From sequence record SRR2962707_625: a DNA stretch of 41,612 nucleotides; one strand, written 5' to 3'. The notes beneath the pieces were generated by a model. It did not search any database. It worked only from the letters and a program-made list of their open reading frames with translations, and had not been told where the DNA came from. Shown here piece after piece: positions 9,043 to 17,761 of the stretch (the first letter of the stretch is position 1; every line of letters starts with the position of its first letter). Made by a program: the position numbers and the translations under genes.

Positions 9043-9519
9043 TCAATCGGCGTTTGTTCCTACTTGCCGCTGCATAAACCAAATGACGGCAAGAGGGATG
9101 AAAATCCATTGCAGAAGCGGGCTCAACCCTGTTCCGAACGGCGGCACCAGCGGCATGAGATCTGAATAGATCCAGCGCTCCGATATGTTTGTATAGTAAT
9201 ATTCAAAACCGACCGTCAGAGCGATGCCGACCGCGAGGAACAGAAGCGTTTGCCAGGCTTTGGGTGTTTCAAACCAATAGCGAGATCGTGCCGCAGCACT
9301 TGTGACCCAGAACGCAGTCAACGCAAAACCGACATCCCCAAAGGTTGCCGAAGAGCAAAGCTTGATGCCATCCCAGTGGTTCATTTCAATCATGCCGGCA
9401 TAGGTCGGCGCCTGCCAGAACTCCCAGACGAAGTGGAGCAGGAAGGAGAACATGATTAGTGAAAACTCGGGCAGGCGGGTCATTTTATCGGGTCTCGTTT
9501 CAGGAAGCGTGAATTGCAT
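9043..9519 (-). CDS. Uncharacterised integral membrane protein (about 4 TM), probably copper-regulated
   Basis: Hydrophobic helices with HFVWE..Q, C...GD and E...W.Y...MP motifs. The start is placed at ATG 9519 (alternative 9483) because a MerR-type promoter occupies 9566-9536. Confidence 0.7.
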   Translation of the reverse strand: MQFTLPETRPDKMTRLPEFSLIMFSFLLHFVWEFWQAPTYAGMIEMNHWDGIKLCSSATFGDVGFALTAFWVTSAAARSRYWFETPKAWQTLLFLAVGIALTVGFEYYYTNISERWIYSDLMPLVPPFGTGLSPLLQWIFIPLAVIWFMQRQVGTNAD

Positions 9520-9535
9520 GCTTACGCGCCTGAAC

Positions 9536-9566
9536 ACTCTAGCGGTTACTGTAGGGGGAAGGTCAA
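9536..9566 (-). promoter_or_regulatory. MerR/CueR-type promoter TTGACC-N19-TAGAGT
   Basis: The minus strand reads TTGACCTTCCCCCTACAGTAACCGCTAGAGT. It has the same TTGACCTTCC half-site as the cueR promoter, an exact 19-bp spacer and a good -10. The distal half-site is degenerate. Confidence 0.7.
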
Positions 9567-9708
9567 GCCAGCCCGAACATGGCAATGCAGAGCGAAGACC
9601 GCAAAGCCTGCGTGAGTTGGGCACCGCCTTGTCAGAACAAATTCAATGATCAGAAACGCCATGGATTATCAGTCGCCGTCCCTGCTGTGCACTTCACTGG
9701 AAGTATGT

Positions 9709-9775
9709 GCTTTCAGGAAGAGCTACCGCTGCCCTCAATGACCGAATTGAGGGCGCAAAGCAGTCGTTCTGAAGC
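9709..9775. repeat. Nested palindromic (REP-like) intergenic element at the junction between the copper island and the polyamine cluster
   Basis: Perfect 9-bp stem GCCCTCAAT 9731-9739 / ATTGAGGGC 9746-9754, an overlapping imperfect AATGACCG/CAGTCGTT pair, and an outer TTCAG/CTGAA pair. Confidence 0.35.
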
Positions 9776-9827
9776 CTGATTTCATGCCCGGCAGCGGCGT
9801 GATACCGGTTGCGCGCACCCCAGCAAA

Positions 9828-11105
9828 TCAGGATTGTTCCAGTGTTTGCAAAATGCAGCTGGCGGCCTTTTCTGCGCCATTGGCAGCCGTCATGTGCTGC
9901 GAAATCTGCTGCATGCGCTGCTTCAGGTTGTTGTCATTGAGCAGGGTCGTCATCGCATCGCATAGTTGGTGTGCGGTCCATCCGTCGCGCTGCATGTGGA
10001 TGCCGGTGCCGGTTTGCGCCGCGCGCAGGCCGTTGTCGTGTCCGTCCCAGCAATAGGGCATGATCAGCGACGGCACGCCATAATAGAGCGCTTCGCAATA
10101 GCTGTTGTTGCCGCCGTGGTGGATGAAGAGATCGGCCTGGGTGACGATCGAGGGCTGTGGAAACCAGCTGCCGAGATACACATTGTTGGGCACACTCTGG
10201 TAGTGTTCGAGGAAGCCGCCGACATTGACAAAAAAGCGCGCCGGGAAGGTGGCGAAAACACCGATCATGCGGGCAACAAGATCGGTGTCTATGGCCCCCA
10301 GGCTTCCGAAACTGAGATAGACGATGGGGCCGTCATTGACCGGCAGCGGCGGCGGATCGAAGCGGGCTTCCTCGCGCACGCAACCTTCGAGAAAGACAAA
10401 CAGATCCTCGGGCAAGGGATGTTCGCGCTGATGCCGGACCGCCTCGGGTGCGAGCAGCAGGTTGAGATGAGGCGATGTTTCGAGAAACTGGCCTTCCGGC
10501 AGGAGCCCAAGATTATGCCGGTTGCGAAAGGCATTGTAGCGGCTGTGGGCGGAGGCTGTGGACTTGAGATAGGCGGCTTCGAATGCGGGGCGCTCCGGCG
10601 AAGTCGCTGATAGACCCGACAGATAGGGCGGGACGTTGGGGTCCGGGATTTCGGTTTCGGCGCAGGACACCACGCGGATCCACGGCACTCCGGCATTGGC
10701 TATTGCGGGAAACATGATCACGTTGTCGAGCACGATGGCGTCGGGCTTGATCCGCTTGAGGAGGGTATCAAGTCCTCTCTCGGCCTGAATCGCCGTGTCG
10801 ACAATGGTTTCCCAGGTCGGGCGGACATAGGTTTCGAGCTGGGTCAGCGGACCCTGGTTGAAATGCTCGAGATGGGCGGTGATGAAAGCCTGCCAGGTTT
10901 CCTCGGTGCCCTGACTGGCAGCCTTCGATGCCGTGGGCAGCTGGTATTCCTTGAACCCGTACTCGTCAAAGACACCGGTAAACCCCTGATGGCACAGAAA
11001 GACGGGAACAGCGCCTTGACGCTGCAGCTGCTGGGCAATGCCGACGCAATTGAGCGCCGATCCGAAACTCGCCTCCGGAAAGAGGGCGATCACTGGCTTG
11101 GTCAC
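9828..11105 (-). CDS. GT1/UDP-glycosyltransferase-like protein (MGT/UDPGT fold), paralog A
   Basis: YLSFGSLG, WFPQ, FIHHGGNNS..EAL..GVP..IMP nucleotide-sugar-binding signature. Its GTG start overlaps the regulator's stop codon (GTGA). Confidence 0.85.
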   Translation of the reverse strand: MTKPVIALFPEASFGSALNCVGIAQQLQRQGAVPVFLCHQGFTGVFDEYGFKEYQLPTASKAASQGTEETWQAFITAHLEHFNQGPLTQLETYVRPTWETIVDTAIQAERGLDTLLKRIKPDAIVLDNVIMFPAIANAGVPWIRVVSCAETEIPDPNVPPYLSGLSATSPERPAFEAAYLKSTASAHSRYNAFRNRHNLGLLPEGQFLETSPHLNLLLAPEAVRHQREHPLPEDLFVFLEGCVREEARFDPPPLPVNDGPIVYLSFGSLGAIDTDLVARMIGVFATFPARFFVNVGGFLEHYQSVPNNVYLGSWFPQPSIVTQADLFIHHGGNNSYCEALYYGVPSLIMPYCWDGHDNGLRAAQTGTGIHMQRDGWTAHQLCDAMTTLLNDNNLKQRMQQISQHMTAANGAEKAASCILQTLEQS

Positions 11106-12037
11106 GCCATCCCCTTTCGTGCGAGTGGCAGCAATCCGCGGTTGGCGGCTTGCGGTTTGCGGATCTGGGAGCGTCGCAAGTGGAGCACCATCTGGTCTGC
11201 TGCCAGCTGGTGCTGCATCCGTTCGAGGCTGTCAAGGATGTCGAGATGTTCTTCCAGCGATTGCCGAAGCCGAAAATCGGGAATGCTGTTGTTCTTTTGC
11301 GTGGTCAGCCGCAAGCGCTGATGTGCCAGAAGCGCTCCGCAGATAAAGCGATTGCCGGAGCTTTCGGCAATCAGGCTGTGAAAGGCGCAATCGAGATGCA
11401 GGAAGGCGACGGCGCTCATGCTGCCGTCAGGGCGTTTGAGAAAGTCCTCCATCTGCTGGCGGAGCAGACCGGCTTTCAGGCTGTCCATCTCGAAGCCGGG
11501 GGCGGTGATCGCCTGTGGTTCGAGCGCAAGACGGAACGAGAGGCTCTCGGAAACCGCACCTGGCGTGTCCAGCAGGGGTTGGAAAGCCCAGGCGCGACCC
11601 GGCAATTGTGCCACAACCCCGTCAGTACTCAGTATTTTTAGCGCATTTAGTACAGCCGATCGCGGGACCTTGTAGCGGCGAACAAGCGAGCTCACGGATT
11701 GCACGTCGGTTATCCGGCGCTCCGCCCGATCCGACAGAATGCGCGTTGCCAGCGAGCCCTCCAGATCATCAAGTTGTGCTGTGCCGTTGAGGCCGATGTC
11801 TTCAGGCGAGTGATTGAGGAAATAACCTCCCTCTTCACGGCGTTGAACAATATCGTTTGATTCCAGTAACTTAAGTGCAGACCGTATCGGTGTTCGCGAG
11901 ACGCCGCAGGCTTGCGAAAGAGTGGTTTCCGGCAAGTGGTCACCATTCCTCATTCCACGCTCAAGGGCGACTTCAATGATCTTGCGCGCCAGCTTCAGGT
12001 GGTTCTGTCGGGTGTTGCTTCTTGTCCTTATCATCAC
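11102..12037 (-). CDS. GntR-family regulator with two tandem winged-HTH domains plus an FCD domain
   Basis: HTH1 LPETTLSQACGVSRTPIRSAL; HTH2 SVSSLVRRYKVPRSAVLNAL; FCD motifs D.AFH..IAE.SGN and EHL.ILD. Confidence 0.85.
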   Translation of the reverse strand: MMIRTRSNTRQNHLKLARKIIEVALERGMRNGDHLPETTLSQACGVSRTPIRSALKLLESNDIVQRREEGGYFLNHSPEDIGLNGTAQLDDLEGSLATRILSDRAERRITDVQSVSSLVRRYKVPRSAVLNALKILSTDGVVAQLPGRAWAFQPLLDTPGAVSESLSFRLALEPQAITAPGFEMDSLKAGLLRQQMEDFLKRPDGSMSAVAFLHLDCAFHSLIAESSGNRFICGALLAHQRLRLTTQKNNSIPDFRLRQSLEEHLDILDSLERMQHQLAADQMVLHLRRSQIRKPQAANRGLLPLARKGMA

Positions 12038-12114
12038 TCATCCCCCTGGCGGTGGTCGCAACCCCTGCTTCGTGGTGGTTTTGGGCCCAGTCGAGAAAAA
12101 ACTGCAAAAACAAA

Positions 12115-12142
12115 TTGACGTATCTTTTAAGGCATTAATACT
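12115..12142 (+). promoter_or_regulatory. Candidate sigma70 promoter/operator for the potD-like operon
   Basis: TTGACG at 12115-12120 and TAATACT at 12136-12142 lie in the AT-rich divergent intergenic region. GTAT-N14-ATAC forms a weak dyad. Confidence 0.35.
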
Positions 12143-12230
12143 GAACTAGAGGCGATCAACAAGAATCGCAAGTCAAAAGCTGCCGGGCGTCTGTACCGGC
12201 GTCTCAACAACGACCCTGGAGGTGAACTTG

Positions 12231-13295
12231 ATGACCAGACAATCCCCGCGCAGCCGCGTAATCCTGCGCAACACTGTCTTTACAGTCGCAATGGTGGCTG
12301 CGCTTGGCGCGCCGGCCATGGCAGACCCGCTGACCATTTCGAACTGGGACGGCTACATGGCCGCCGATGCGATCGAGAAATTCAATTCGGAATCCGGCAA
12401 TGAAGCGGAACTCGTTCTGCATGCCACAAATGAAGAGATCATGGGCAAGCTCATTGCTTCCAAGGGCGTGGGCTATGACGTGGTCTTTGTGTCCTCGCCA
12501 TTTGCCGAGGTGCTGCACAATCTCGGTCTCGCCGAAGAGCTCGATCATTCCAAGATCCCCAATCTCGCCAATCTCTACAAAGAAGCGACCGAATTGCCGC
12601 ATGATCCGGGCAACTCGTTCTCGCTGCCTTACGCCTGGGGTACGACCGGCCTGTGCTATCGTTCTGACCTTGTCGACGCTCCGTCGTCCTGGAACGATCT
12701 GCTCAAGCCATCCGAGGCAGTTTCGGGAAAGACCACAATGCTGGCAACCGACCGCTGGCTGCTGGCCGCCGGACAGTTGGCGCTGGGCTATTCGGTCAAT
12801 GAAACCGACGCAACGAAGATGGGCGAAGTCCGCGACCTTCTGATCGAAGCCAAGAAGACCTTGCTCGCCTATGACGATACGACCTTCTACGCCAAGCTGG
12901 TGTCCGGCGAAGCCGAACTGGTGCAGGCCTGGGACGGCTGGTGCAACTATGGAATTGGCGAAAACAGCGACATCAAATACGTCATTCCGAGCGAAGGATC
13001 CGATCTCTGGGTCGATACCATGGTGATCCTCAAGGCCTCGGAAAACAAGGATGCGGCCTACGCGTTCGTCAACTACATCCTTGATGCGGACAACCATCGC
13101 TGGGCGGCCGAGAACATTCTCTACAAGGTTCCCAACGAGGCGGCCATGAGCGGCGTCGACGCTTCTCTGATCGAAACCTATCCCAACATGGGTATGAAGC
13201 CTGCCGACATGCTCAAATACGAGCAATTGCTTGATGTCGGGGCTGCACAGCGCGATTACTCGCGTCTCGTGTCGGAGATCAAGGCTGCAAACTGA
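12231..13295 (+). CDS. Polyamine ABC transporter substrate-binding protein (PotD/PotF family)
   Basis: Signal peptide; NWDGY, TNEE, GYDVV, PYAWGTTG, QAWDG and P.EG...WVD motifs. RBS GGAGGT at 12218-12223 favours ATG 12231. Confidence 0.9.
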   Translation: MTRQSPRSRVILRNTVFTVAMVAALGAPAMADPLTISNWDGYMAADAIEKFNSESGNEAELVLHATNEEIMGKLIASKGVGYDVVFVSSPFAEVLHNLGLAEELDHSKIPNLANLYKEATELPHDPGNSFSLPYAWGTTGLCYRSDLVDAPSSWNDLLKPSEAVSGKTTMLATDRWLLAAGQLALGYSVNETDATKMGEVRDLLIEAKKTLLAYDDTTFYAKLVSGEAELVQAWDGWCNYGIGENSDIKYVIPSEGSDLWVDTMVILKASENKDAAYAFVNYILDADNHRWAAENILYKVPNEAAMSGVDASLIETYPNMGMKPADMLKYEQLLDVGAAQRDYSRLVSEIKAAN

Positions 13296-13309
13296 ATTGC
13301 AGTGAGAAA

Positions 13310-13336
13310 CCTCCGGATGCTGTCTGCATCCGGAGG
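13310..13336 (+). terminator. Stem-loop after the SBP gene
   Basis: Perfect 11-bp inverted repeat CCTCCGGATGC-TGTCT-GCATCCGGAGG. Confidence 0.6.
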
Positions 13337-13367
13337 CCTTCCTACCTATTGAACGCCGGTCGAGCCG

Positions 13368-14243
13368 GTGCAGGCCGTGGTGATGACAACCGATCGCAGA
13401 CCCCTTTTATTGATGTCGCCGGCGCTGTTGTGGCTGACCGGTCTGATGGTCATCCCATGTGGCTTGATCCTGGTTCTCGCGTTCTTCAGGCGCGGCATCT
13501 ATGGCGGGATCGAATACACCTTTACGCTGGAAAACATCGCGCTGGTCTTCGACCCGCTGTATTTTCAGATCTTTCTCAAATCGGCTGGAATTGCGGGACT
13601 GTCCGCCGCAATTGCCTGTGTGCTTGGCTATGGTGCTGCCTACGCCATCGCTGCCATGCCGCGTAGCAGGCAACCGATGCTGCTGTTCTTTGCGGTTCTG
13701 CCGTTCTGGTCAAATTATCTGGTGCGAACCTATGCCTGGATCGTGCTTCTCAACCGCGAAGGGCTGATCGTCAATCTGGCCCGCTGGTTGGGGTACACTG
13801 GCGAACTGCCAAGCATGCTTTATACGGAGCAGGCCGTGGTGATCGGGCTGGTCTACAACTATCTGCCCTTCGTGATCCTTGCCTGCTATGCGCCGTTGTC
13901 ACGCCTCAACCCCGAAATCACTGAGGCGTCGCGGGATCTGGGCGCATCGGCCTGGACCACGTTTCGCCGGGTCACGCTGCCGATGACGGTGCCGGGCATT
14001 GCCACCGGGTTCGTGTTCGTCTTCGTGCTTTCAATCGGCAATTTCGTGACGCCGGCGCTGCTGGGCGGCGGTCAGTTCCAGATGATCGGTAACCTGGTCT
14101 ATGCCCAGTTCCTGACCGCCAATGACTGGCCGTTCGGTGCCGCCCTGTCGATGGTGTTGATCGCGGTGATGCTGGGGCTGCTTATGGGGCAGGCGATTGT
14201 TGCCGAGCGGGCGAGTGGCGGGAAGGCGCGGGCAGATGACTGA
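13368..14243 (+). CDS. Polyamine ABC transporter permease (PotB-like)
   Basis: LPFWSNYLVRTYAW, YNYLPF, EASRDLGA (EAA loop) and DWPFGAALS. The start could be 13383. Confidence 0.9.
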   Translation: MQAVVMTTDRRPLLLMSPALLWLTGLMVIPCGLILVLAFFRRGIYGGIEYTFTLENIALVFDPLYFQIFLKSAGIAGLSAAIACVLGYGAAYAIAAMPRSRQPMLLFFAVLPFWSNYLVRTYAWIVLLNREGLIVNLARWLGYTGELPSMLYTEQAVVIGLVYNYLPFVILACYAPLSRLNPEITEASRDLGASAWTTFRRVTLPMTVPGIATGFVFVFVLSIGNFVTPALLGGGQFQMIGNLVYAQFLTANDWPFGAALSMVLIAVMLGLLMGQAIVAERASGGKARADD

Positions 14244-15027
14244 CCGCAAGACCTTCCGCCTCATGCTCATGATCCTCGGTGTCGTGTTCGCGTTCCTGTA
14301 CATACCGATTTCGATTCTCGTCGGTCTGTCGTTCAACGAGGGTGGCCTGCCGACGGCCTGGACCGGCTTTTCGGTCAAGTGGTACGGCGCGCTGCTCGAG
14401 AACGACGATATCCTGAAGGCTGCCGGCAACACGTTGATCGTCGCACTCTTCTCGACAGTGCTCTCCACCACTCTTGGCACCTTGCTGGCTGTCGGCGTTG
14501 AAATCCGCCGCCGCAACGGGAAGTGGCTGGAGACAATCATCTTTGCCCCGATGATCATACCTGACATCGTTCTGGCGATTGCACTTTTGAGCATGTTCTC
14601 GCTGCTCGGGGTCAAAATGGGTTTGCACACCATCATTGTAAGCCATGTGGTGTTCAATCTGGCATTTGTCTGCGCGGTGGTGCGGGCGCGGCTCAAGAGT
14701 TTTGACTGGTCGATCGTCGAGGCGTCGGCTGATCTCGGCGCATCGACCCTGATCACGCTCTACCGTGTCGTCATACCGGTGTTGATGCCGGCGATCGTCG
14801 CAGGCGGGCTGCTGGCCTTCACCCTGTCGGTTGATGAATTCATCATCGCTTTTTTCACCGCTGGTGCGGGCCGGTCGTCAATCACCCTGCCCATGCAGAT
14901 TTTCGCGATGATCCGGTTCGGTGTCACGCCGGAAATCAACGCGCTTGCCACCATCGTCATGTCCGTCTCGGTCGTTGCACTGGCCTTGTCGCAGCGACTG
15001 AACAAGGGAGGGCTTCCCGGCCAATGA
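14236..15027 (+). CDS. Polyamine ABC transporter permease (PotC-like)
   Basis: FLYIPI...SFN, EASADLGA EAA loop, LSVDEF, TLPMQI and TPEINALAT. Confidence 0.9.
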   Translation: MTDRKTFRLMLMILGVVFAFLYIPISILVGLSFNEGGLPTAWTGFSVKWYGALLENDDILKAAGNTLIVALFSTVLSTTLGTLLAVGVEIRRRNGKWLETIIFAPMIIPDIVLAIALLSMFSLLGVKMGLHTIIVSHVVFNLAFVCAVVRARLKSFDWSIVEASADLGASTLITLYRVVIPVLMPAIVAGGLLAFTLSVDEFIIAFFTAGAGRSSITLPMQIFAMIRFGVTPEINALATIVMSVSVVALALSQRLNKGGLPGQ

Positions 15028-16085
15028 CCCAACCGTTTTTAAGCATTCAAAACGTCGAAAAATACTTTGCCACGGTGCGGGCAGTTGCCGGAGTCTCCCT
15101 CGACATCAGGGAAAACGAGTTCTTTGCGCTTCTGGGTGCGTCGGGCAGCGGCAAGACCACGCTGTTGCGGATGCTGGCCGGGTTCGAAGACATCAGCGGC
15201 GGAGACATTCAGATCGAGGGGGCTTCGATTGCCAAGCTGCCGCCGAACCAGCGGCCGGTCAATCTGATGTTTCAATCCTACGCGCTGTTTCCGCACATGA
15301 GCGTTGCCCAAAATATCGGCTACGGACTTGAAATGGAACGGTTGCCAAAGGCCGAGGTGACGGCGCGGGTCGACGAGATCCTCAAGGTCATTCAACTCAG
15401 CCATCTTGCCGGGCGTAAACCGGATCAGCTTTCTGGTGGCCAGCGCCAGAGGGTTGCCCTGGCGCGCGCGCTGGTCAAGCGGCCGAAGGTGCTGCTGCTT
15501 GATGAGCCGCTGGGTGCGCTCGACAAGAAGCTGCGCAGCGAGATGCAACTGGAACTCAAGCGCCTGCAGCATCAGTTCGGGATCACCTTCATCATGGTTA
15601 CGCACGACCAGGAAGAAGCGCTGGTCATGGCCGACCGCATCGCCATCATGAAAGACGGCGCATTGCTTCAGGTCGGGCCGCCCAAGGATATCTACGAATT
15701 GCCGCAGTCGCGCTTTGCAGCCGATTTTATCGGCGTGATGAACTTTCTGCCGGTCACTGCCGATCATATCGGGTTCAGCGCCCGCGACGGCAGCAGGATT
15801 GCCGCTACCCATATCAATAAGGGTGCGGGTTCGGGCGACGCTGTCGCGGCCGTTCGGCCGGAACGGTTGTCGATCGGGCAGGAGGGTGAGAACCGGCTCG
15901 AAGGTACGGTATCAGCCATCGCCTATCACGGTCTCGATCTGCTTCTGCACGTCAGTACCGGGCTGACCGACACCCCGGTGATCGCCCGCATGACGGCCGA
16001 TGTGGCTGACACTCACCATCCGCAAGAAGGCCAGCAGATCGCGCTGAGCTGGTCGGCGCGCGACACGCATGTTTTCCCGGCCTGA
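15024..16085 (+). CDS. Polyamine ABC transporter ATP-binding protein (PotA/PotG-like)
   Basis: Walker A GASGSGKT, LSGGQ, LLLDEPLGALDKKLR, THDQEEA and a C-terminal TOBE-like region. Confidence 0.92.
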   Translation: MTQPFLSIQNVEKYFATVRAVAGVSLDIRENEFFALLGASGSGKTTLLRMLAGFEDISGGDIQIEGASIAKLPPNQRPVNLMFQSYALFPHMSVAQNIGYGLEMERLPKAEVTARVDEILKVIQLSHLAGRKPDQLSGGQRQRVALARALVKRPKVLLLDEPLGALDKKLRSEMQLELKRLQHQFGITFIMVTHDQEEALVMADRIAIMKDGALLQVGPPKDIYELPQSRFAADFIGVMNFLPVTADHIGFSARDGSRIAATHINKGAGSGDAVAAVRPERLSIGQEGENRLEGTVSAIAYHGLDLLLHVSTGLTDTPVIARMTADVADTHHPQEGQQIALSWSARDTHVFPA

Positions 16086-16117
16086 AGGGCCCAACCAGAA
16101 TGACCAGAGGAGACAAC

Positions 16118-17395
16118 ATGGAACAGAAAACCTTCGCTTTTTTCCCCGAGGCCGCGTTTGGCCCTGCCTTGAACTCTGTCGGAATTGCCCAGGCGATCAC
16201 CGCCATGGGGCACAAGGCCGTTTTCCTGTCGGATCCGGGTTTCGTCGAAATCTACGAGGGCTACGGTTTCGAAGCGCATCCTGTCGCACTGTCCGAGCCG
16301 ATGCCGCCCGAACAGATGGCAAAATTCTGGGAAGACTTCATCAACGGCCACATCCCGAATTTCCGCAAGGCGCCGATCGACCAGATCGATAATTACGTCA
16401 AGGAATGCTGGGAGGCCATCGTTGACAGCGCCAAGTGGGCGCAGAAGGATCTGCCCGGTGTTCTGGCCAAAATCAAACCTGATGTGATCGCTGTCGACAA
16501 CGTCATTCTGTTCCCTGCGATCAAGCAATTTGGTGTGCCGTGGGTGCGGATCATTTCCTGCTCGGAGAACGAAATCGAGGACGCGGCAATCCCGCCGCAT
16601 CTGTCGGGCATGTCGGAAAACGACACCGAAGGCCACGCCGCCTTCCGCGCGAAGTTCGAAGAGGTGATCAAGCCGATCCACGAGGACTTCAACGCGTTCC
16701 TGGCCGAGTGCGGGGAAACGCCTTACAAGCTGGGCGAGTTCTTCGAAGCATCGCCCTACATGAACATGATGCTGTATCCGCAGCCGCTGACCTATAAGCG
16801 CGATGTGCCGCTCGATCCGGCCCGGTTCCAGTATCTCGAGGGCTGCGTGCGCGAGGACAAGCCCTACACAGTGCCGGAATTTAAGGCCAACAATGATGGC
16901 CCGCTGCTTTACATTTCCTTCGGGTCACTGGGGGCCGGAGATACCGATCTGCTCAAGCGGCTTATCGAACTTGTCGGCAAATCCCGTTACCGTGCACTGG
17001 TCAATGTTGGGGACTACAAGGACGCCTATTCGGACATTCCGCCCAACGTCATCATTGAGGGCTGGTATCCGCAGCCGTCGGTCATTCCGCAGGTGGATGC
17101 GGTCATCCATCACGGCGGCAACAACTCGTTCACCGAGTGCCTCTATTTCGGCAAGCCGGCCATCATCATGCCCTATGTCTGGGATGGTCATGACAATGCG
17201 ATGCGGGTTCAGGAAACCGGTTACGGTTTCCGCTCGGACCGCTACGAGTGGACCGACGATGAGCTGGTGGCCAAGATTGAAGCCTGCCTGAACGACGCTG
17301 CCATGCAGGAGCGTCTGGCCAGGATCTCCACCCACATGCAGTCATGCGAAGGTCCGTTGAAAGCGGCCAAGCTTCTGGCGGAACTTGCGAAATGA
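16118..17395 (+). CDS. GT1/UDP-glycosyltransferase-like protein, paralog B
   Basis: YISFGSLG, WYPQ, IHHGGNNSFTECL..GKP..IMP. RBS GAGGAG precedes ATG 16118. It is a colinear paralog of 9828-11105. Confidence 0.85.
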   Translation: MEQKTFAFFPEAAFGPALNSVGIAQAITAMGHKAVFLSDPGFVEIYEGYGFEAHPVALSEPMPPEQMAKFWEDFINGHIPNFRKAPIDQIDNYVKECWEAIVDSAKWAQKDLPGVLAKIKPDVIAVDNVILFPAIKQFGVPWVRIISCSENEIEDAAIPPHLSGMSENDTEGHAAFRAKFEEVIKPIHEDFNAFLAECGETPYKLGEFFEASPYMNMMLYPQPLTYKRDVPLDPARFQYLEGCVREDKPYTVPEFKANNDGPLLYISFGSLGAGDTDLLKRLIELVGKSRYRALVNVGDYKDAYSDIPPNVIIEGWYPQPSVIPQVDAVIHHGGNNSFTECLYFGKPAIIMPYVWDGHDNAMRVQETGYGFRSDRYEWTDDELVAKIEACLNDAAMQERLARISTHMQSCEGPLKAAKLLAELAK

Positions 17396-17751
17396 GCAAT
17401 CTCTCTTCAAGCGCGCCACACATTCACGGTGCGAGTGACTTTGACGACCTGGTGGATTGGGGCGCGCAACCGGATGCTTTGGCAGGGACGTCGCATTCCA
17501 CCGGCCGCCTTTTGTACAAGGGACCGGGCAACATTCCCGAAACCGGGGTCTGGGACTGCACGCCGGGACGTTGGCGGCTGTCAGTCCCGCGCGACGAGTT
17601 CTGTCATTTCGTCAAGGGACGAGCGACCTATAGGTCCGATGCCGGCGAGGTGATTGAAGTGGTGGCCGGCACCTGCGTGCTGTTTCCCGCCGGGTGGACC
17701 GGCGAGGCCGAAATCCACGAGACAATCCGCAACATCTACATGCTCAGCTGA
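17392..17751 (+). CDS. Cupin (DUF861/Cupin_3, EutQ-like)
   Basis: GVWDCTPG.W...DEFCHF..G...FPAGW.G motif; ATGA overlap with the glycosyltransferase gene. Confidence 0.8.
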   Translation: MSNLSSSAPHIHGASDFDDLVDWGAQPDALAGTSHSTGRLLYKGPGNIPETGVWDCTPGRWRLSVPRDEFCHFVKGRATYRSDAGEVIEVVAGTCVLFPAGWTGEAEIHETIRNIYMLS

Positions 17752-17761
17752 GGCCAGACTT

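Noticed and set aside
9520-9624. 5' extension of the membrane-protein ORF given in the ORF track
   Set aside because: It runs through the MerR-type promoter at 9566-9536, so it is unlikely to be translated.
1-9800. Copper island as a mobile element
   Set aside because: No transposase, integrase, tRNA or terminal repeats are visible, and the left boundary is outside the window.
9828-17395. Macrolide-inactivating glycosyltransferases or a secondary-metabolite biosynthetic cluster
   Set aside because: The catalytic His is absent, there are no scaffold-building genes (PKS/NRPS) or exporter, and the transporter is an importer.
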